From an uncultured Planctomycetota bacterium (GTDB taxonomy: Bacteria > Planctomycetota > Planctomycetia > Isosphaerales > Isosphaeraceae), in NCBI GenBank assembly GCA_963823665.1, contig CAWGMQ010000003.1, forward strand, positions 64,001 through 128,000: a stretch of DNA of 64,000 nucleotides, given 5' to 3'. Every line of letters starts with the position of its first letter. Positions within the stretch are counted from its first letter, which is position 1. Position numbers and translations under genes: made by a program. Below the pieces are notes generated by a model. The model was not told where the DNA came from. It saw nothing but the letters and a program-made list of their open reading frames with translations, and did no database searches. Positions 31,221 to 42,127 of the stretch are shown one piece after another.

Positions 31221-32915
31221 ATGTCTCGCACCCGCCCCCAGCTCCGCCTCTTCGATCTGGTGATGTGGGTCACATTGTCCGCATTGGTCCTCGCCTTCGC
31301 CCGCGAAATCTGGCAAATTCCCGGGCGGGCTGACAGTTTTAGCGGGTCCGTCATCTTCGTGTGCGTCGGCTTCGGCGTCTGGTTCGTCGTTTGGTCAACT
31401 GTTCGCGCAAAGCGCACTGGCCCCATTTGCCAGGAATGCGGGCGGCGATTCTTTGCGCACGGCCAACTGGCGAATTCGACCCTCTGCGCACGATGCCGGG
31501 CAGCGTCGCTGCCGCGCGTGCAAGGTCGTCACGAACAGCTCGTCGCGTGGCTGGCGATCCTTTTTGCCATGACCGTCCTGATGTCCCTGATCGGCCTCCC
31601 GTTCTGGAATCCACTCGTCGCCAGAGCCGGCCTATTCTCCTGGATTCTCTATCCATTACTCGCCTTTGGCGCAGTCCTGGGCCTGCTCGTGGCGCTCTTC
31701 GCCACGGGTACGATCGTCATCGCCATTCGGAACTGGCGTCTGCGATTCGAGAGGCCCGTCCTCGCCTGGGCCCGGAAGTGTGCCCGCGAGGAAGGAACAA
31801 TCGCGCGGATCGGCCCGTTAACCATCTGGTGGTCCGGCCCCATCGATCCCGTTCCGCTTGTAACCGAGCAGATGGAAACAATTTGCAAGCGTTTCGAGCG
31901 ATTGGTCGATCAACCGGTCGACGCGCCAGCGCTGCGCGTGCTGGTCTTCCACCAGCGCCGAGCGTTCACCGCCTTCCACCGAAACGTCGTCGCTGATACC
32001 GGCACGATCGACTCCGTGTACTCAGCCGTTCCGGCGCGTTTGTTCACCCTCACGACGGGAGTACCCCGCTTCCGGCTGATCGATGATGGACGATCGCTAC
32101 GGTCCGGCCTCGTGCTGTACCTGCTCGAAACGTTGATCGAGGCTGTTCCCTCCCCGTGGCTCCAGTTCGGGTTGAGCGGTGCCCTGTCGGCCGACCCCGG
32201 CAGCGACGCTCGCGAGCAGCTCTTACGCAGAATGAAAGTGGCCATCCAAAACGACACGACCGTGAAAGCCGACCAGCTTTTTTCCAGGCTGAGCGTTCTG
32301 CAGACGCACGAGCTAGCGAGCCCCCTGATCGATCACGATCGCTTCGCACTGTTTGCGCAGTGGAGGGCACAGTCTCGGTCCGTGATCGAGCATCTCACCG
32401 GCTCCGAGGCACCCCCGGATCGCCTGGGACGATTCCGCTCATTCCTCTGCGACTTGAAGGCAGCACCCTCCGAGGAAGCGGTGTTCAGACGCCACTTCGG
32501 CTATGGCTTCGAAGCGTTGCTCGAACACTGGCAAGCCTGGGTCGACGAGCAGAGTTTGGGCGGCGACCCGATTCCACCGCCGGAGGTCCGCATCGCGATC
32601 ATCGACCGACTCGTTCCCGCGATCGCCGATCGCAGCAAGAAAGCCCACGATCGAATCGTCGCGATGCGCTCGCTGGGCCTCACGGGCTTCGTCCTCGGCG
32701 CCGACACGCTCATCGACGTGCTACGCGAGCGAGACGACCGATTGACTCCCACAGCCACTTGGGCGCTCGAATCAATCTCAGGTTTGTCCTTGGGCAACAA
32801 CGCCGACTGGTGGTCCGACTGGTGGTCGACCCACAACCCAGCCGCCCGCGGCGATCTCGAGCGCGCCGAGCCGTTCGCCGCCGCCCCTGCGGTCGCTCCA
32901 CTCACTCCCCCGTAG
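31221..32915 (+). CDS. Membrane protein with Zn ribbon, degenerate peptidase MA-like region and C-terminal HEAT-like repeat
   Basis: Four TM segments, CQECG...CARC, PWLQFGLS, YGF..LLEHW, A..ALESISG. Confidence 0.6.
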   Translation: MSRTRPQLRLFDLVMWVTLSALVLAFAREIWQIPGRADSFSGSVIFVCVGFGVWFVVWSTVRAKRTGPICQECGRRFFAHGQLANSTLCARCRAASLPRVQGRHEQLVAWLAILFAMTVLMSLIGLPFWNPLVARAGLFSWILYPLLAFGAVLGLLVALFATGTIVIAIRNWRLRFERPVLAWARKCAREEGTIARIGPLTIWWSGPIDPVPLVTEQMETICKRFERLVDQPVDAPALRVLVFHQRRAFTAFHRNVVADTGTIDSVYSAVPARLFTLTTGVPRFRLIDDGRSLRSGLVLYLLETLIEAVPSPWLQFGLSGALSADPGSDAREQLLRRMKVAIQNDTTVKADQLFSRLSVLQTHELASPLIDHDRFALFAQWRAQSRSVIEHLTGSEAPPDRLGRFRSFLCDLKAAPSEEAVFRRHFGYGFEALLEHWQAWVDEQSLGGDPIPPPEVRIAIIDRLVPAIADRSKKAHDRIVAMRSLGLTGFVLGADTLIDVLRERDDRLTPTATWALESISGLSLGNNADWWSDWWSTHNPAARGDLERAEPFAAAPAVAPLTPP

Positions 32916-32933
32916 GATCCGCCATTGCGAACC
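32912..32933 (+). repeat. Degenerate GTAG REP-like hairpin overlapping a stop codon
   Basis: GTAG-GATCCGC-CATT-GCGAACC; related to 22371. Confidence 0.55.
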
Positions 32934-32970
32934 GTCCTCCTGCATGCCTGTGACGACGCGTCCGCGCCGA

Positions 32971-33801
32971 TTATTTTCCCGAGTAGAACTCCGCATCCGC
33001 CCAATCCGCTGGCAGCTTCTCATTGCCCGCCATGGTCGAAATACCTTCAAAGATCTGGGGCGAAACCGTTGCTCGAATCCTTCGCACCGATCCATCCGCC
33101 ATCGCCACAAGCACAGAAGGTCCGTGCTGGCCGCCGAATTGCCGGCCTGCGCCGATGTACGGCTGGCGCGCCGGATCCAGTCCACGGACGGTCGCCCAAC
33201 CGGCCTGTATCCATGACCCGCCCACGTTCCCCGTTTCCGCGATCATCATCGTGTTCGCGGTGCCATCCTTGATGTCAGCCAAGATCGTCTGCCTGTCATA
33301 GCCGAACACGCCCGCACGGGCATCGCTCTTGGGGAGCCGGGCCGCGTCCTTCCCGAGCCCGGCGATTCCCACATAGGAGGCTGGTTCCGGACTTCCCAGC
33401 GCTGTGAGGGCAGCTCGCTCACAGTCCAGCAGCTTCTTCCTCTCATGTGCCATCACGAGGTTCTGGCCTGAATCCCAAGGCTCGTCCTTTTCAAGGGTGT
33501 CGTACTGATCCTGCTGATCAAGCTGAGCAAGAATCTGGGCATACCAGCTCAGCCGGCTCTCGGGCTCGAGGTCAGCGTTCGGCCAAGACCCGGCGGGGAA
33601 GACACCGTTGGCCGATTCGTACCCCAAAATTCCCAGCGCGATGTTATTGAGATTGCTGATACAGCGACCGCCAGGAACTTCGCGCCTCTCCGATTGACGT
33701 ACCGTTAACGCGATGAATGCAAAGACGAAACCAAGACCGACGATGACACGCATCGATCGCCCAATCGTAAACCGCGGTAAGAGCAGCGATCTCAAATTCA
33801 T
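32971..33801 (-). CDS. DUF1559 domain protein
   Basis: C.SNLNNIALG, SW...IL..L, IKDGTANT, H-X9-DG motif (HGPSVLVAMADG). Confidence 0.9.
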   Translation of the reverse strand: MNLRSLLLPRFTIGRSMRVIVGLGFVFAFIALTVRQSERREVPGGRCISNLNNIALGILGYESANGVFPAGSWPNADLEPESRLSWYAQILAQLDQQDQYDTLEKDEPWDSGQNLVMAHERKKLLDCERAALTALGSPEPASYVGIAGLGKDAARLPKSDARAGVFGYDRQTILADIKDGTANTMMIAETGNVGGSWIQAGWATVRGLDPARQPYIGAGRQFGGQHGPSVLVAMADGSVRRIRATVSPQIFEGISTMAGNEKLPADWADAEFYSGK

Positions 33802-34631
33802 GGGCTCGCCTGTCCCCAACCCCTCGGCATCTTCTCGCCCCCCGCCATGGTCGAAATCGCCTCAAAAACCTTGGCCGAAATCGACGCGTCGATCCGTCGA
33901 ACCGACCCATCCGCCATGGCCACCAGCACGCCCCCGCCATGCTGGCCACCGAATTGTCGCCCAGCCCCGGTATAGGGCTGACTCGCAGGATCCAAACCAC
34001 GGACCGTCGCCGGACCAGCTTGAAGCCACGACCCGCTCACGCGCCCAGTTTCCGCGACCATCATCGTGTTCGCAGCACCATCCGTGATGTCAGACATCGC
34101 GGTCTGCCTTTCATATCCGAATACACCCGCGCGGGCATCGGTCTTGGCAATCCAGGGAGAATCCTTCCCGAGCCCAGCGATTCCGACGTATGGCGCCGGC
34201 TCGGGACTTCCCGGCGCACGGCGCGGCGCAGAATAGCAAGCGAGAATGCCAAAACGCTTGTGGGCAAGCTCGCCATTCTGCCCTGCATCCCAACGCTGGT
34301 TCGTTTCCAGGCTCTCATATTCAATGTGATGTTCGATGTAAGGAAGAATCTGTGCATACCAGCTCAGCCGGCTCTCCGGTTCAAGGTCGGCGCTAGCCCA
34401 GCTCCCGGCCGGGAACACACCGTTGAATGACTGGAACTCCAGAATTCCGAGCGCGATGTTACGCAGATTGTTAATACATCCGGCGCCCGGCGTCTCTCTC
34501 GGCCTTGGCCAAACGGCATACAGCAACATCGGGCCAACGAACATACCAAACGCGAGCAAGGCAATAATCAACATCGCTCGCCGGATCGTGACTCGGGGCA
34601 TGCGCAACGCTCTCTTCTGCACCAAACCCAT
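33798..34631 (-). CDS. DUF1559 domain protein (tandem paralog)
   Basis: CINNLRNIALG, ITDGAANT, HGGGVLVAMADG; highly similar to the downstream gene. Confidence 0.9.
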   Translation of the reverse strand: MGLVQKRALRMPRVTIRRAMLIIALLAFGMFVGPMLLYAVWPRPRETPGAGCINNLRNIALGILEFQSFNGVFPAGSWASADLEPESRLSWYAQILPYIEHHIEYESLETNQRWDAGQNGELAHKRFGILACYSAPRRAPGSPEPAPYVGIAGLGKDSPWIAKTDARAGVFGYERQTAMSDITDGAANTMMVAETGRVSGSWLQAGPATVRGLDPASQPYTGAGRQFGGQHGGGVLVAMADGSVRRIDASISAKVFEAISTMAGGEKMPRGWGQASP

Positions 34632-34676
34632 CAACTCCACCAATCCCTTGGCGACTGCCCACCCCCGCCAACTGCA

Positions 34677-36106
34677 TCATTTCGTCTCTACCCACTCCCT
34701 CCGCTCGAGCCCAAACCCCATTCGCGTCCGGAACCCCAGCAAGCTCCTGGTCAGCTCGCCCCCCTGGACAACCAGGTCATGAAGCGCCTGGTCGAGATGT
34801 TCGTCCGTCACGACGATCGCACCCTCGTCACCCACGGCAAACAGCGCAGCCCTTCGCAACAGCTCGCGGATGAACGCGGCGCTGCCGCTTTCGGTTCGCG
34901 CGATGAATCGAGACAGATTGGCGACTCTCAGCTCGAGGCCCTGGCCATAAAGCTCAAAAAGCCGGCGGCGGCACTCTTCATCCGGCGGCGGTATCTCGAC
35001 CGCCTGGTCCACTCGCCCGGGCCGGGCCGCCAGCGCCGGCTCGAGCAGCTCGGGACGGTTGGTCGTCAGCAAGAACAGCACATCCGCGTCGTCGGAAAGC
35101 CCGTCCATCTCGTTGAGCAGCTCGAAGAGGAGCGGAGTCGCACCTCCCGAGCCGCCCTCGGGCCGCGCGCCGGCGATCAGGTCCACATCCTCGAGTACGA
35201 CGATCGAAGGCTGCAAAGCTCGCGCCATAGCGCACGTGCGGCCGACCATCCCCAGCCCTCGCCCGCTCAGGAGTAGCACCGTCCGGTCGCGCATCGCGCC
35301 GGCGAGGTACATGATGGTGAGCGTCTTCCCCGTACCGGGCGGGCCGTGCAACAGCAACCCGCGCTTGAGGTGGCGTCCGGCTTCGAGCAATCGCCTGCTA
35401 TGGCGCCCGAACTCCACCGTCTGCCGCTCGATCCTCTCCAGCAATCCCGCCGGCAGAATGATCGCCGAGCGCTCGATCTCGGGCAAACGGTGAAACTTGA
35501 CAACCACATCCCGATGACCTTCGTTCGAGAGCGAGATCACATGTCCGCGATAGACGTTGCGCACTCGCATCGCTTCGCGAATGTCGCGCAAGAACCGCTC
35601 CGCCTGGCCGCGATCCGGCGCCATCACTTCGACCGTCAAGTTCTCCCGCGCGCGATGCGATCGTCGTGACGCACGAAGATGACCAGACGTGCTTCGCCAT
35701 CGCTCACCAGGAACAATCCGCGCTCCACGCAAGCAACAACCCGGTCGCCGTCCAGCGAGACATTGGCATACTCAACCGGCCCCTGATTGGCCTCACTGCG
35801 GAAGGCACCATGCGGAGCCACCAGGTCCGCCAGTCCACTTCCCATGAATCCATTGAGACCGACAACACCCAGAACCTCGGCAGAGCGGTTGCCGGCCGAG
35901 AGATACTCCTCGATCGCCGAATGCAAGTTCGGGTGGTCATACGCCAGAATCGGCTCGCCAACGACCGGCAGCTTCGACGGATCCGTTCCAAAGTGATCCC
36001 GCAGCTTCCGCACGAAAAACGGAGCTTCTTCGGGTTTCTTCTGCGACCGCATCTGGTCGATGAAGTCCTTGAACGAAGCGCCGAATTCGTCGGGATTGAT
36101 CGCCAT
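34677..36106 (-). CDS. AAA+ ATPase; frameshift ~35650
   Basis: GPPGTGKT, LEDVD, TTNRP, RPGRVD; GGAGG RBS before the ATG at 36106. Confidence 0.85.
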
Positions 36107-36152
36107 GAAAGTCCTCCGTTCGATTGATTGTAGCATCGACATCGCCAGGATC

Positions 36153-36174
36153 GTCAGGCTAAAGCCTGACCTAC
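36153..36174 (-). repeat. GTAG REP hairpin
   Basis: Reverse complement is GTAG-GTCAGGC-TTTA-GCCTGAC. Confidence 0.85.
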
Positions 36175-36333
36175 CAGGGGTTCCTCCCGCGCTGGTGGCC
36201 TCCGCGCGGTCGATTCGCGTACAATGGGGCATCTCGCGTGAGCACGCTGCCAGTCGATTTCACCCCCCGACTGACCTGACCCGGCAGCACGCACACGCGT
36301 GCATTCCCGATCCGATTCCCTGGAGCCTCGCTG

Positions 36334-37182
36334 ATGACCGAAACCGCCTTGACCACGATTCACGTCGGCCATAGCCCTGACTCGGACGATGCGTTCATGT
36401 TCTACGCCCTCACGCATGACAAGCTCGACACCGGCGGCCTGCGGTTCATCCATCAGCTCGAAGACATCGAAACCCTCAACCGGCGTGCCTTGAACGGCGA
36501 GCTCGAAGTCTCCGCCGTCAGCATCCACGCCTTCGCCCACCTGGCCGATCGCTATGCTCTGCTCGCCTCCGGCTCGAGCATGGGCGATCGCTACGGACCA
36601 ACCCTCGTCACCCGCGAGCCCATGACCCTGGACCAGATCCACGGCCAGACGATTGCAATCCCCGGCACACTCACCACAGCCTACCTCGCCCTCATGCTCT
36701 GCCTGGGCAAGGATGTGCCCGTCGTGGTCATGCCCTTTGACCGCATCCTGCCCGCTGTGGCCGAGGGACGCGTCACGGCAGGGCTCCTGATCCACGAAGG
36801 ACAGCTCTTTTACAGGGACCGCGGCCTTCATAAAGTGGTGGATCTGGGCGCCTGGTGGTTCGAGCAGACAGGTCTTCCCCTCCCCTTGGGCGGCAACGTG
36901 GTCCGCAAGGACCTGGGGCCAGAGATGGTCTCAAAAATCGCACGGCTCTTGAAGGAAAGCATTCGCTATGCCCTGGACAATCGCCAAGAAGCCCTCGACT
37001 ACGCGCTGGGCTACGCCCGCGGGCTCGATCCCGCCCTGGCTGACCGCTTCGTGGGCATGTACGTCAACGAGTGGACGGTCGACTACGGCCCGCGCGGACG
37101 TGAAGCCGTTCGCACCTTGTTCGCCCGCGCCTGGGAAGCCCGTTTAGTCCCGGGCCCGATTCCAGTAGAATTCACCGACTGA
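36334..37182 (+). CDS. mqnD: 1,4-dihydroxy-6-naphthoate synthase (futalosine menaquinone pathway)
   Basis: [43 protein letters not shown]. Confidence 0.9.
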   Translation: MTETALTTIHVGHSPDSDDAFMFYALTHDKLDTGGLRFIHQLEDIETLNRRALNGELEVSAVSIHAFAHLADRYALLASGSSMGDRYGPTLVTREPMTLDQIHGQTIAIPGTLTTAYLALMLCLGKDVPVVVMPFDRILPAVAEGRVTAGLLIHEGQLFYRDRGLHKVVDLGAWWFEQTGLPLPLGGNVVRKDLGPEMVSKIARLLKESIRYALDNRQEALDYALGYARGLDPALADRFVGMYVNEWTVDYGPRGREAVRTLFARAWEARLVPGPIPVEFTD

Positions 37183-37201
37183 TTCACGCAAAGGATTCGA
37201 C

Positions 37202-39981
37202 ATGGCCAATTCATACGGCTCGCTTTCGTCTCTGGAAGTCGACAATCAAACCTTCAGCTATTACCGCCTCGACGCGCTCGAACAAAGCCGGGCTGCCGAT
37301 TTCGCATCTGCCTTTTTCACTCAAGGTCCTGCTCGAGAACCTGCTGCGCCATGAAGACGGCGTCACCGTCACCCGGGACGACATCAAGGCGCTCGCCAGT
37401 TGGAACCCCAAGGCCCAGCCCGACCGCGAAATCGCCTTCAGGCCCAGCCGCGTGCTCCTTCAAGATTTCACCGGAGTCCCCGCGATCGTCGACCTCGCCG
37501 CCATGCGCGACGCGATGAAGCGCCTGGGCGGCGACCCGAAGAAGATCAACCCCCTTCAACCCGTCGAGCTCGTCATCGACCACTCCGTGCAAGTCGATCT
37601 GGCCGGAACGCCGCAGGCGTTCCTGGTAAACGCCGCAAAAGGAGCTCGAGCGCAACCGCGAGCGTTACGCCTTCCTGCGCTGGGGCCAGAACGCCTTCGC
37701 CAATTTCCGCGTCGTCCCGCCCGATACCGGCATCGTGCACCAGGTCAACCTCGAATACCTGGCGCGAGTCGTCTTCTCAGCCGAGCAGAAGGGCGGCAGC
37801 CCCCTTGCCTATCCCGACACGCTCGTCGGCACCGACTCGCACACAACGATGATCAACGGCCTCGGCGTCCTGGGCTGGGGCGTGGGCGGCATCGAGGCCG
37901 AAGCCGCGATGCTCGGCCAGCCGGTTTCCATGTTGGTGCCCCAGGTCGTCGGCTTCCGCATCACCGGCACACTCCCCGAAGGCGGCACCGCCACCGACCT
38001 GGTCCTCACCGCCACACAAATGCTCCGGAAAAAGGGCGTCGTCGGCAAATTCGTCGAGTACTATGGGCCCGGTCTCGCCGGGCTTCCGCTGGCCGACAGG
38101 GCCACCCTCGCCAACATGGCACCCGAGTACGGCGCCACCTGCGGGCTCTTCCCGATCGACGCCGAAACCATCCGCTACCTCAAGCTCTCCGGGCGAAAAC
38201 CCGATGCGATCCGCCTGGTCGAAGCCTACGCGAAGGCCCAGGGCATGTTCGCCTCGGCGGGCTCGCCCGAGGCCGAATACTCCGATACACTCGAGCTCGA
38301 CCTCGCCACCGTCGAGCCCAGCCTGGCCGGCCCCAGACGGCCACAGGATCGAGTTCCGTTGAAGGATTCCAAATCTTCGTTCAAGGCAGCCCTCAAGGAG
38401 TTGATCGCCGCCGCGCCGGCCAAGAAAACGCCCTCCACAATGTCGCTGCCGCTGGTTGAGCGGTTCGCCTCCGAAGGCGGGGGCACCGCCGTCGGAGCCG
38501 ACGATCAGGTTGCCCATGAGACCACGTCGAAGTCGGCCCCGATCACCCACGGCTCGGTCGTGATCGCGGCAATCACAAGCTGCACGAACACGTCAAACCC
38601 GTCGGTGATGGTTGCCGCCGGCCTGCTGGCGAAAAAGGCAGTCGAGCGCGGGCTGCGCACCAAACCATGGGTGAAGGCGAGCCTGGCGCCTGGCTCGAAG
38701 GTGGTCACCGACTATCTCCAGGACGCCGGCCTTCAGTCTTACCTCGACCAGCTTCGTTTCAACCTGGTCGGCTACGGCTGCACAACCTGCATCGGCAACT
38801 CGGGCCCGCTCTCCCCCGCCGTGACCGAGGCCATTCACAAAGACGACCTGGTCGCCGCCGCGGTGCTCTCCGGCAACCGCAACTTCGAGGGGCGCATCAA
38901 CCCCGAGGTCCGCGCCAACTACCTGGCCTCCCCTCCCCTCGTCGTCGCCTACGCCTTGGCCGGCACCATGGATTTCGACATGCAGCGCGAGGCGCTGGGA
39001 AACGATCAGCAGGGTCGCCCGGTCTTCCTCAAGGACATCTGGCCCAGCCAGCGGGAAATCCAGGACACCATCTTGAAATCGGTTCGATCCGAGATGTTCC
39101 AGAGCAAGTACGCCGAAGTCTTCGAAGGCGACGAGAACTGGACCTCGCTCCCGACTCCCCAGGGTGATCTCTACGAGTGGGACTCCTCGTCCACGTACGT
39201 GAAAAACCCGCCCTACTTCACCGACATGACGGTCAAGCCCGCGCCGATCGCGCGTATCGAGAACGCGCGGGTGCTGGCCTTGCTGGGCGACAGCATCACG
39301 ACCGACCACATCTCACCAGCCGGCTCGATCAAGAAGGATAGCCCAGCCGGCCGTTACTTGATCGAGCGCGGCGTGAGCCCGGACGACTTCAACTCCTACG
39401 GAGCGCGCCGCGGCAACGACGAGGTGATGGTGCGTGGCACGTTCGCCAACATCCGTTTGAAGAACCGGCTCGCCCCGGGCACGGAAGGCGGCTGGACGCG
39501 ACACCTCCCCGACGGCGAGACCATGACGATCTTCGACGCTTCGGTGCGCTACCAGGCCGAGGGCGTGCCCTTGATCGTTCTGGCCGGCAAGGAATATGGA
39601 TCGGGCTCGTCGCGCGACTGGGCCGCCAAGGGCCCGCTGCTGCTCGGCATCAGCGGCGTCATCGCCGAGAGCTACGAGCGCATCCACCGCTCGAATCTGG
39701 TCGGAATGGGCATCCTTCCCCTTCAGTTCAAGCCCGGTGAAACCGCCGAAACCCTCAAGCTCACCGGCGAAGAGCTCTACACGATCGCCGGTCTGGACGA
39801 TCTGGCCCGCGGGACTTTCAAAGCGGGACGTGAGCTCGTGGTGACCGCTCGCGCCGCGAGCGGACCGCCGCTCGAATTCTCGGTCGCCGTCCGGATCGAC
39901 ACCCCCCAGGAAATGCGTTACTATGAACACGGCGGCATTCTGCCCTACGTGCTCCGACAATTGCTCGCCGGAGGAGCCTGA
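37202..39981 (+). CDS. acnA: Aconitate hydratase A; frameshifts ~37285 and ~37638
   Basis: [72 protein letters not shown]. Confidence 0.95.
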
Positions 39982-40010
39982 GCCGCCTTCCACGATCACG
40001 AGACTGGCTT

Positions 40011-40058
40011 GGGTGGCACTGGCTCTGCCAGTGTGGGTGCCACTGGCTGTGCCAGTGT
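40011..40058 (+). repeat. Tandem GGTG-type REP-like hairpins
   Basis: GGGTG-GCACTGGC-TCT-GCCAGTG followed by GGGTG-CCACTGGC-TGT-GCCAGTG; related copy at 59809. Confidence 0.75.
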
Positions 40059-40092
40059 TTTCTTTCCGCGTCCACGCAGGAGTTAGAGGAAC

Positions 40093-41107
40093 ATGATGCA
40101 AGTGGAGACGGCCTCTGAGCCAATCGTCACGCGGGAACAAGCCCTGGACTGGCTTCGCCAGATGATGCTGATCCGCCGCTTCGAAGAGCGCGCGGAGATG
40201 ATGTATCAGAAGGGGAACAAGATCGGCGGCTTCTTTCATCAGTATAGTGGACAGGAACCGGTCGCCGTCGGTTCGATCGGCGCGCTCCGCGACACCGATT
40301 ATGTGATCACGGCATACCGCGATCACGGCCACGCGCTCGCCCGCGGTATGAGCGCAAACGCCGCCATGGCCGAATTGCTCGGCAAGGCAACCGGCTGCTC
40401 CAAAGGCAAAGGCGGCTCGATGCACTTCTTTGACGTCGAGAAGGGTTTCCTCGGCGGCCACGCCATCGTCGGCAGCCACATCGCGCTCGCCGCCGGGGTG
40501 GCCTTCGCCATCAAGTACCGCGGCGAAGACCGTGTGTGCATTTGCTACCTGGGCGACGGAGCCATCAACCAGGGGTCCGTTCACGAGGCCTTCAACATGG
40601 CCGCCCTCTGGAAGCTCCCCGTGATCTACGTGCTCGAAAACAACTTTTACGCCATGGGCACCTCGGTCAAACGCTCCTCGGCCGTGCTCGACCTGACGCT
40701 GCGCGGTGCCAAGGCTTACGGAATTCCCGGGCCGGCGATCAACGGCAACGACATCGAGCTCATGGCCAAGACCGTGCGTGACGCAGCCAAGCGCGCCCGC
40801 AACGGCGACGGACCCACCTTCATCGACGCCCACACCTACCGCTACAAGGGGCACTCGATCAGCGACCCGGCGAAGTACCGCCGCAAGGAAGAGCTCGATT
40901 CGGCCGTGAACCACGATCCGATCGTCGCCTACCAGAACGTCCTTCTGGAGAGAGGCTGGATCGATCAGGAAGAAATTGACGCCATCGTCACCGGCGTCAA
41001 GGACGAAGTCGAGCAGAGCATCGCATTTGCCGAGGAAAGCGATCCAGCCTCGTCCCGAAGCGCTGTACGAAGACATCACGGTCGGCCCTTACATCCCGCA
41101 GGAGTGA
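40093..41107 (+). CDS. pdhA: Pyruvate dehydrogenase E1 alpha; frameshift ~41050
   Basis: GKGGSMH, GDGA..QG..HEAFN, ENN.Y, YRYKGHS.SDP; true end ...EALYEDITVGPYIPQE* at 41107. Confidence 0.95.
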
Positions 41108-41109
41108 TC

Positions 41110-42092
41110 ATGGCGGTGCTTTCGTTCCGTGAAGCCTTGAATCAGGCAATGACCGAGGAGATGGAGCGCGACGAGAACGTCTTTCTGATGGGCGAGGAAG
41201 TCGCCGAGTACGACGGCGCCTACAAGGTCAGCCAGGGTATGCTCAAGCGATTCGGCGATCGCCGCGTGGTCGACACGCCCATCTCCGAGGAAGGCTTCGC
41301 CGGCATCGGCATCGGCGCGGCCATGGTCGGCCTGCGGCCGATCATCGAGTTCATGACGTTCAGCTTCAGCCTGGTGGCGATCGACCAGATCGTGAACAAC
41401 GCCGCCAACATGCGCTACATGAGCGGCGGCCAGTTCTCGGTTCCCATCGTCTTTCGCGGCAGCTCGGGAATGGCCGGCTGCCTGGCCGCCACCCACTCGC
41501 ACCGGCTCGAAGCCTGGTACGCCCAGGTACCGGGCCTCACCGTGGTGCTGCCCGCCACCCCCGCCGACGCCAAGGGGCTGTTGAAAAGCGCCATCCGCTC
41601 CGATGACCCCGTCGTCTTCATCGAGCACGAAGTTCTCTATCCCGATAAAGGTGAAGTACCCGACGGCGAGCACCTCGTGCCGATCGGCAAGGCCGACATC
41701 AAGCGCGAAGGCTCGGACGTCACCCTGATCACGTATTCGCGCTCGCTCAAGGCCACCCTCGCGGCCGCCGACAAGCTGGCCGCAGGAAAACATCGACGCC
41801 GAAGTGATCGACCTGCGCACCGTGCGGCCGCTCGACCTCGACGCGCTCGTCCGCTCGGTAACCAAAACGCACCGCGCCGTCATCATCGAGGAAGACTGGC
41901 CCTATTGCGGCCTTGGGGCCGGCATCTCCGACCGGATCATGCAGGTCGCCTTCGACGAGCTCGACGCCCCCATCCGCCGCGTGGCCGCCAAGGACGCGCC
42001 GATCCCCTACAACCGTGCCCTCGAAGCCTCGATGCTCCCGTCCGCAGACACGCATCATCGCCGCAGTCAACGACGTCCTGTATCGCTCGTAG
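41110..42092 (+). CDS. pdhB: Pyruvate dehydrogenase E1 beta; frameshifts ~41788 and ~42048
   Basis: REALNQAM, GEEV, DTPISE, DAKGLL, IDLRTVRPLD, FDELDAP; ends RIIAAVNDVLYRS*. Confidence 0.95.
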
Positions 42093-42110
42093 GTCAGGCT
42101 TCAGCCTGAC
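42089..42110 (+). repeat. GTAG REP hairpin overlapping the pdhB stop codon
   Basis: GTAG-GTCAGGC-TTCA-GCCTGAC. Confidence 0.85.
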
Positions 42111-42127
42111 GATCACGGAGAACCGAA

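Noticed and set aside
32971..34631. DUF1559 pair as a DGR template/variable repeat
   Set aside because: Similarity spans both full genes, differences are not evidently adenine-specific, and no reverse transcriptase is in the window.
36334..37182. Lone mqnD as an unusual feature
   Set aside because: Futalosine pathway genes are commonly scattered around the chromosome.
39313..41079. Long antisense ORFs (e.g. 39313-41079, 24106-25518, 10278-11627, 45254-46486, 7127-8113)
   Set aside because: Shadow frames of recognisable genes in high-GC DNA, with no motifs of their own.
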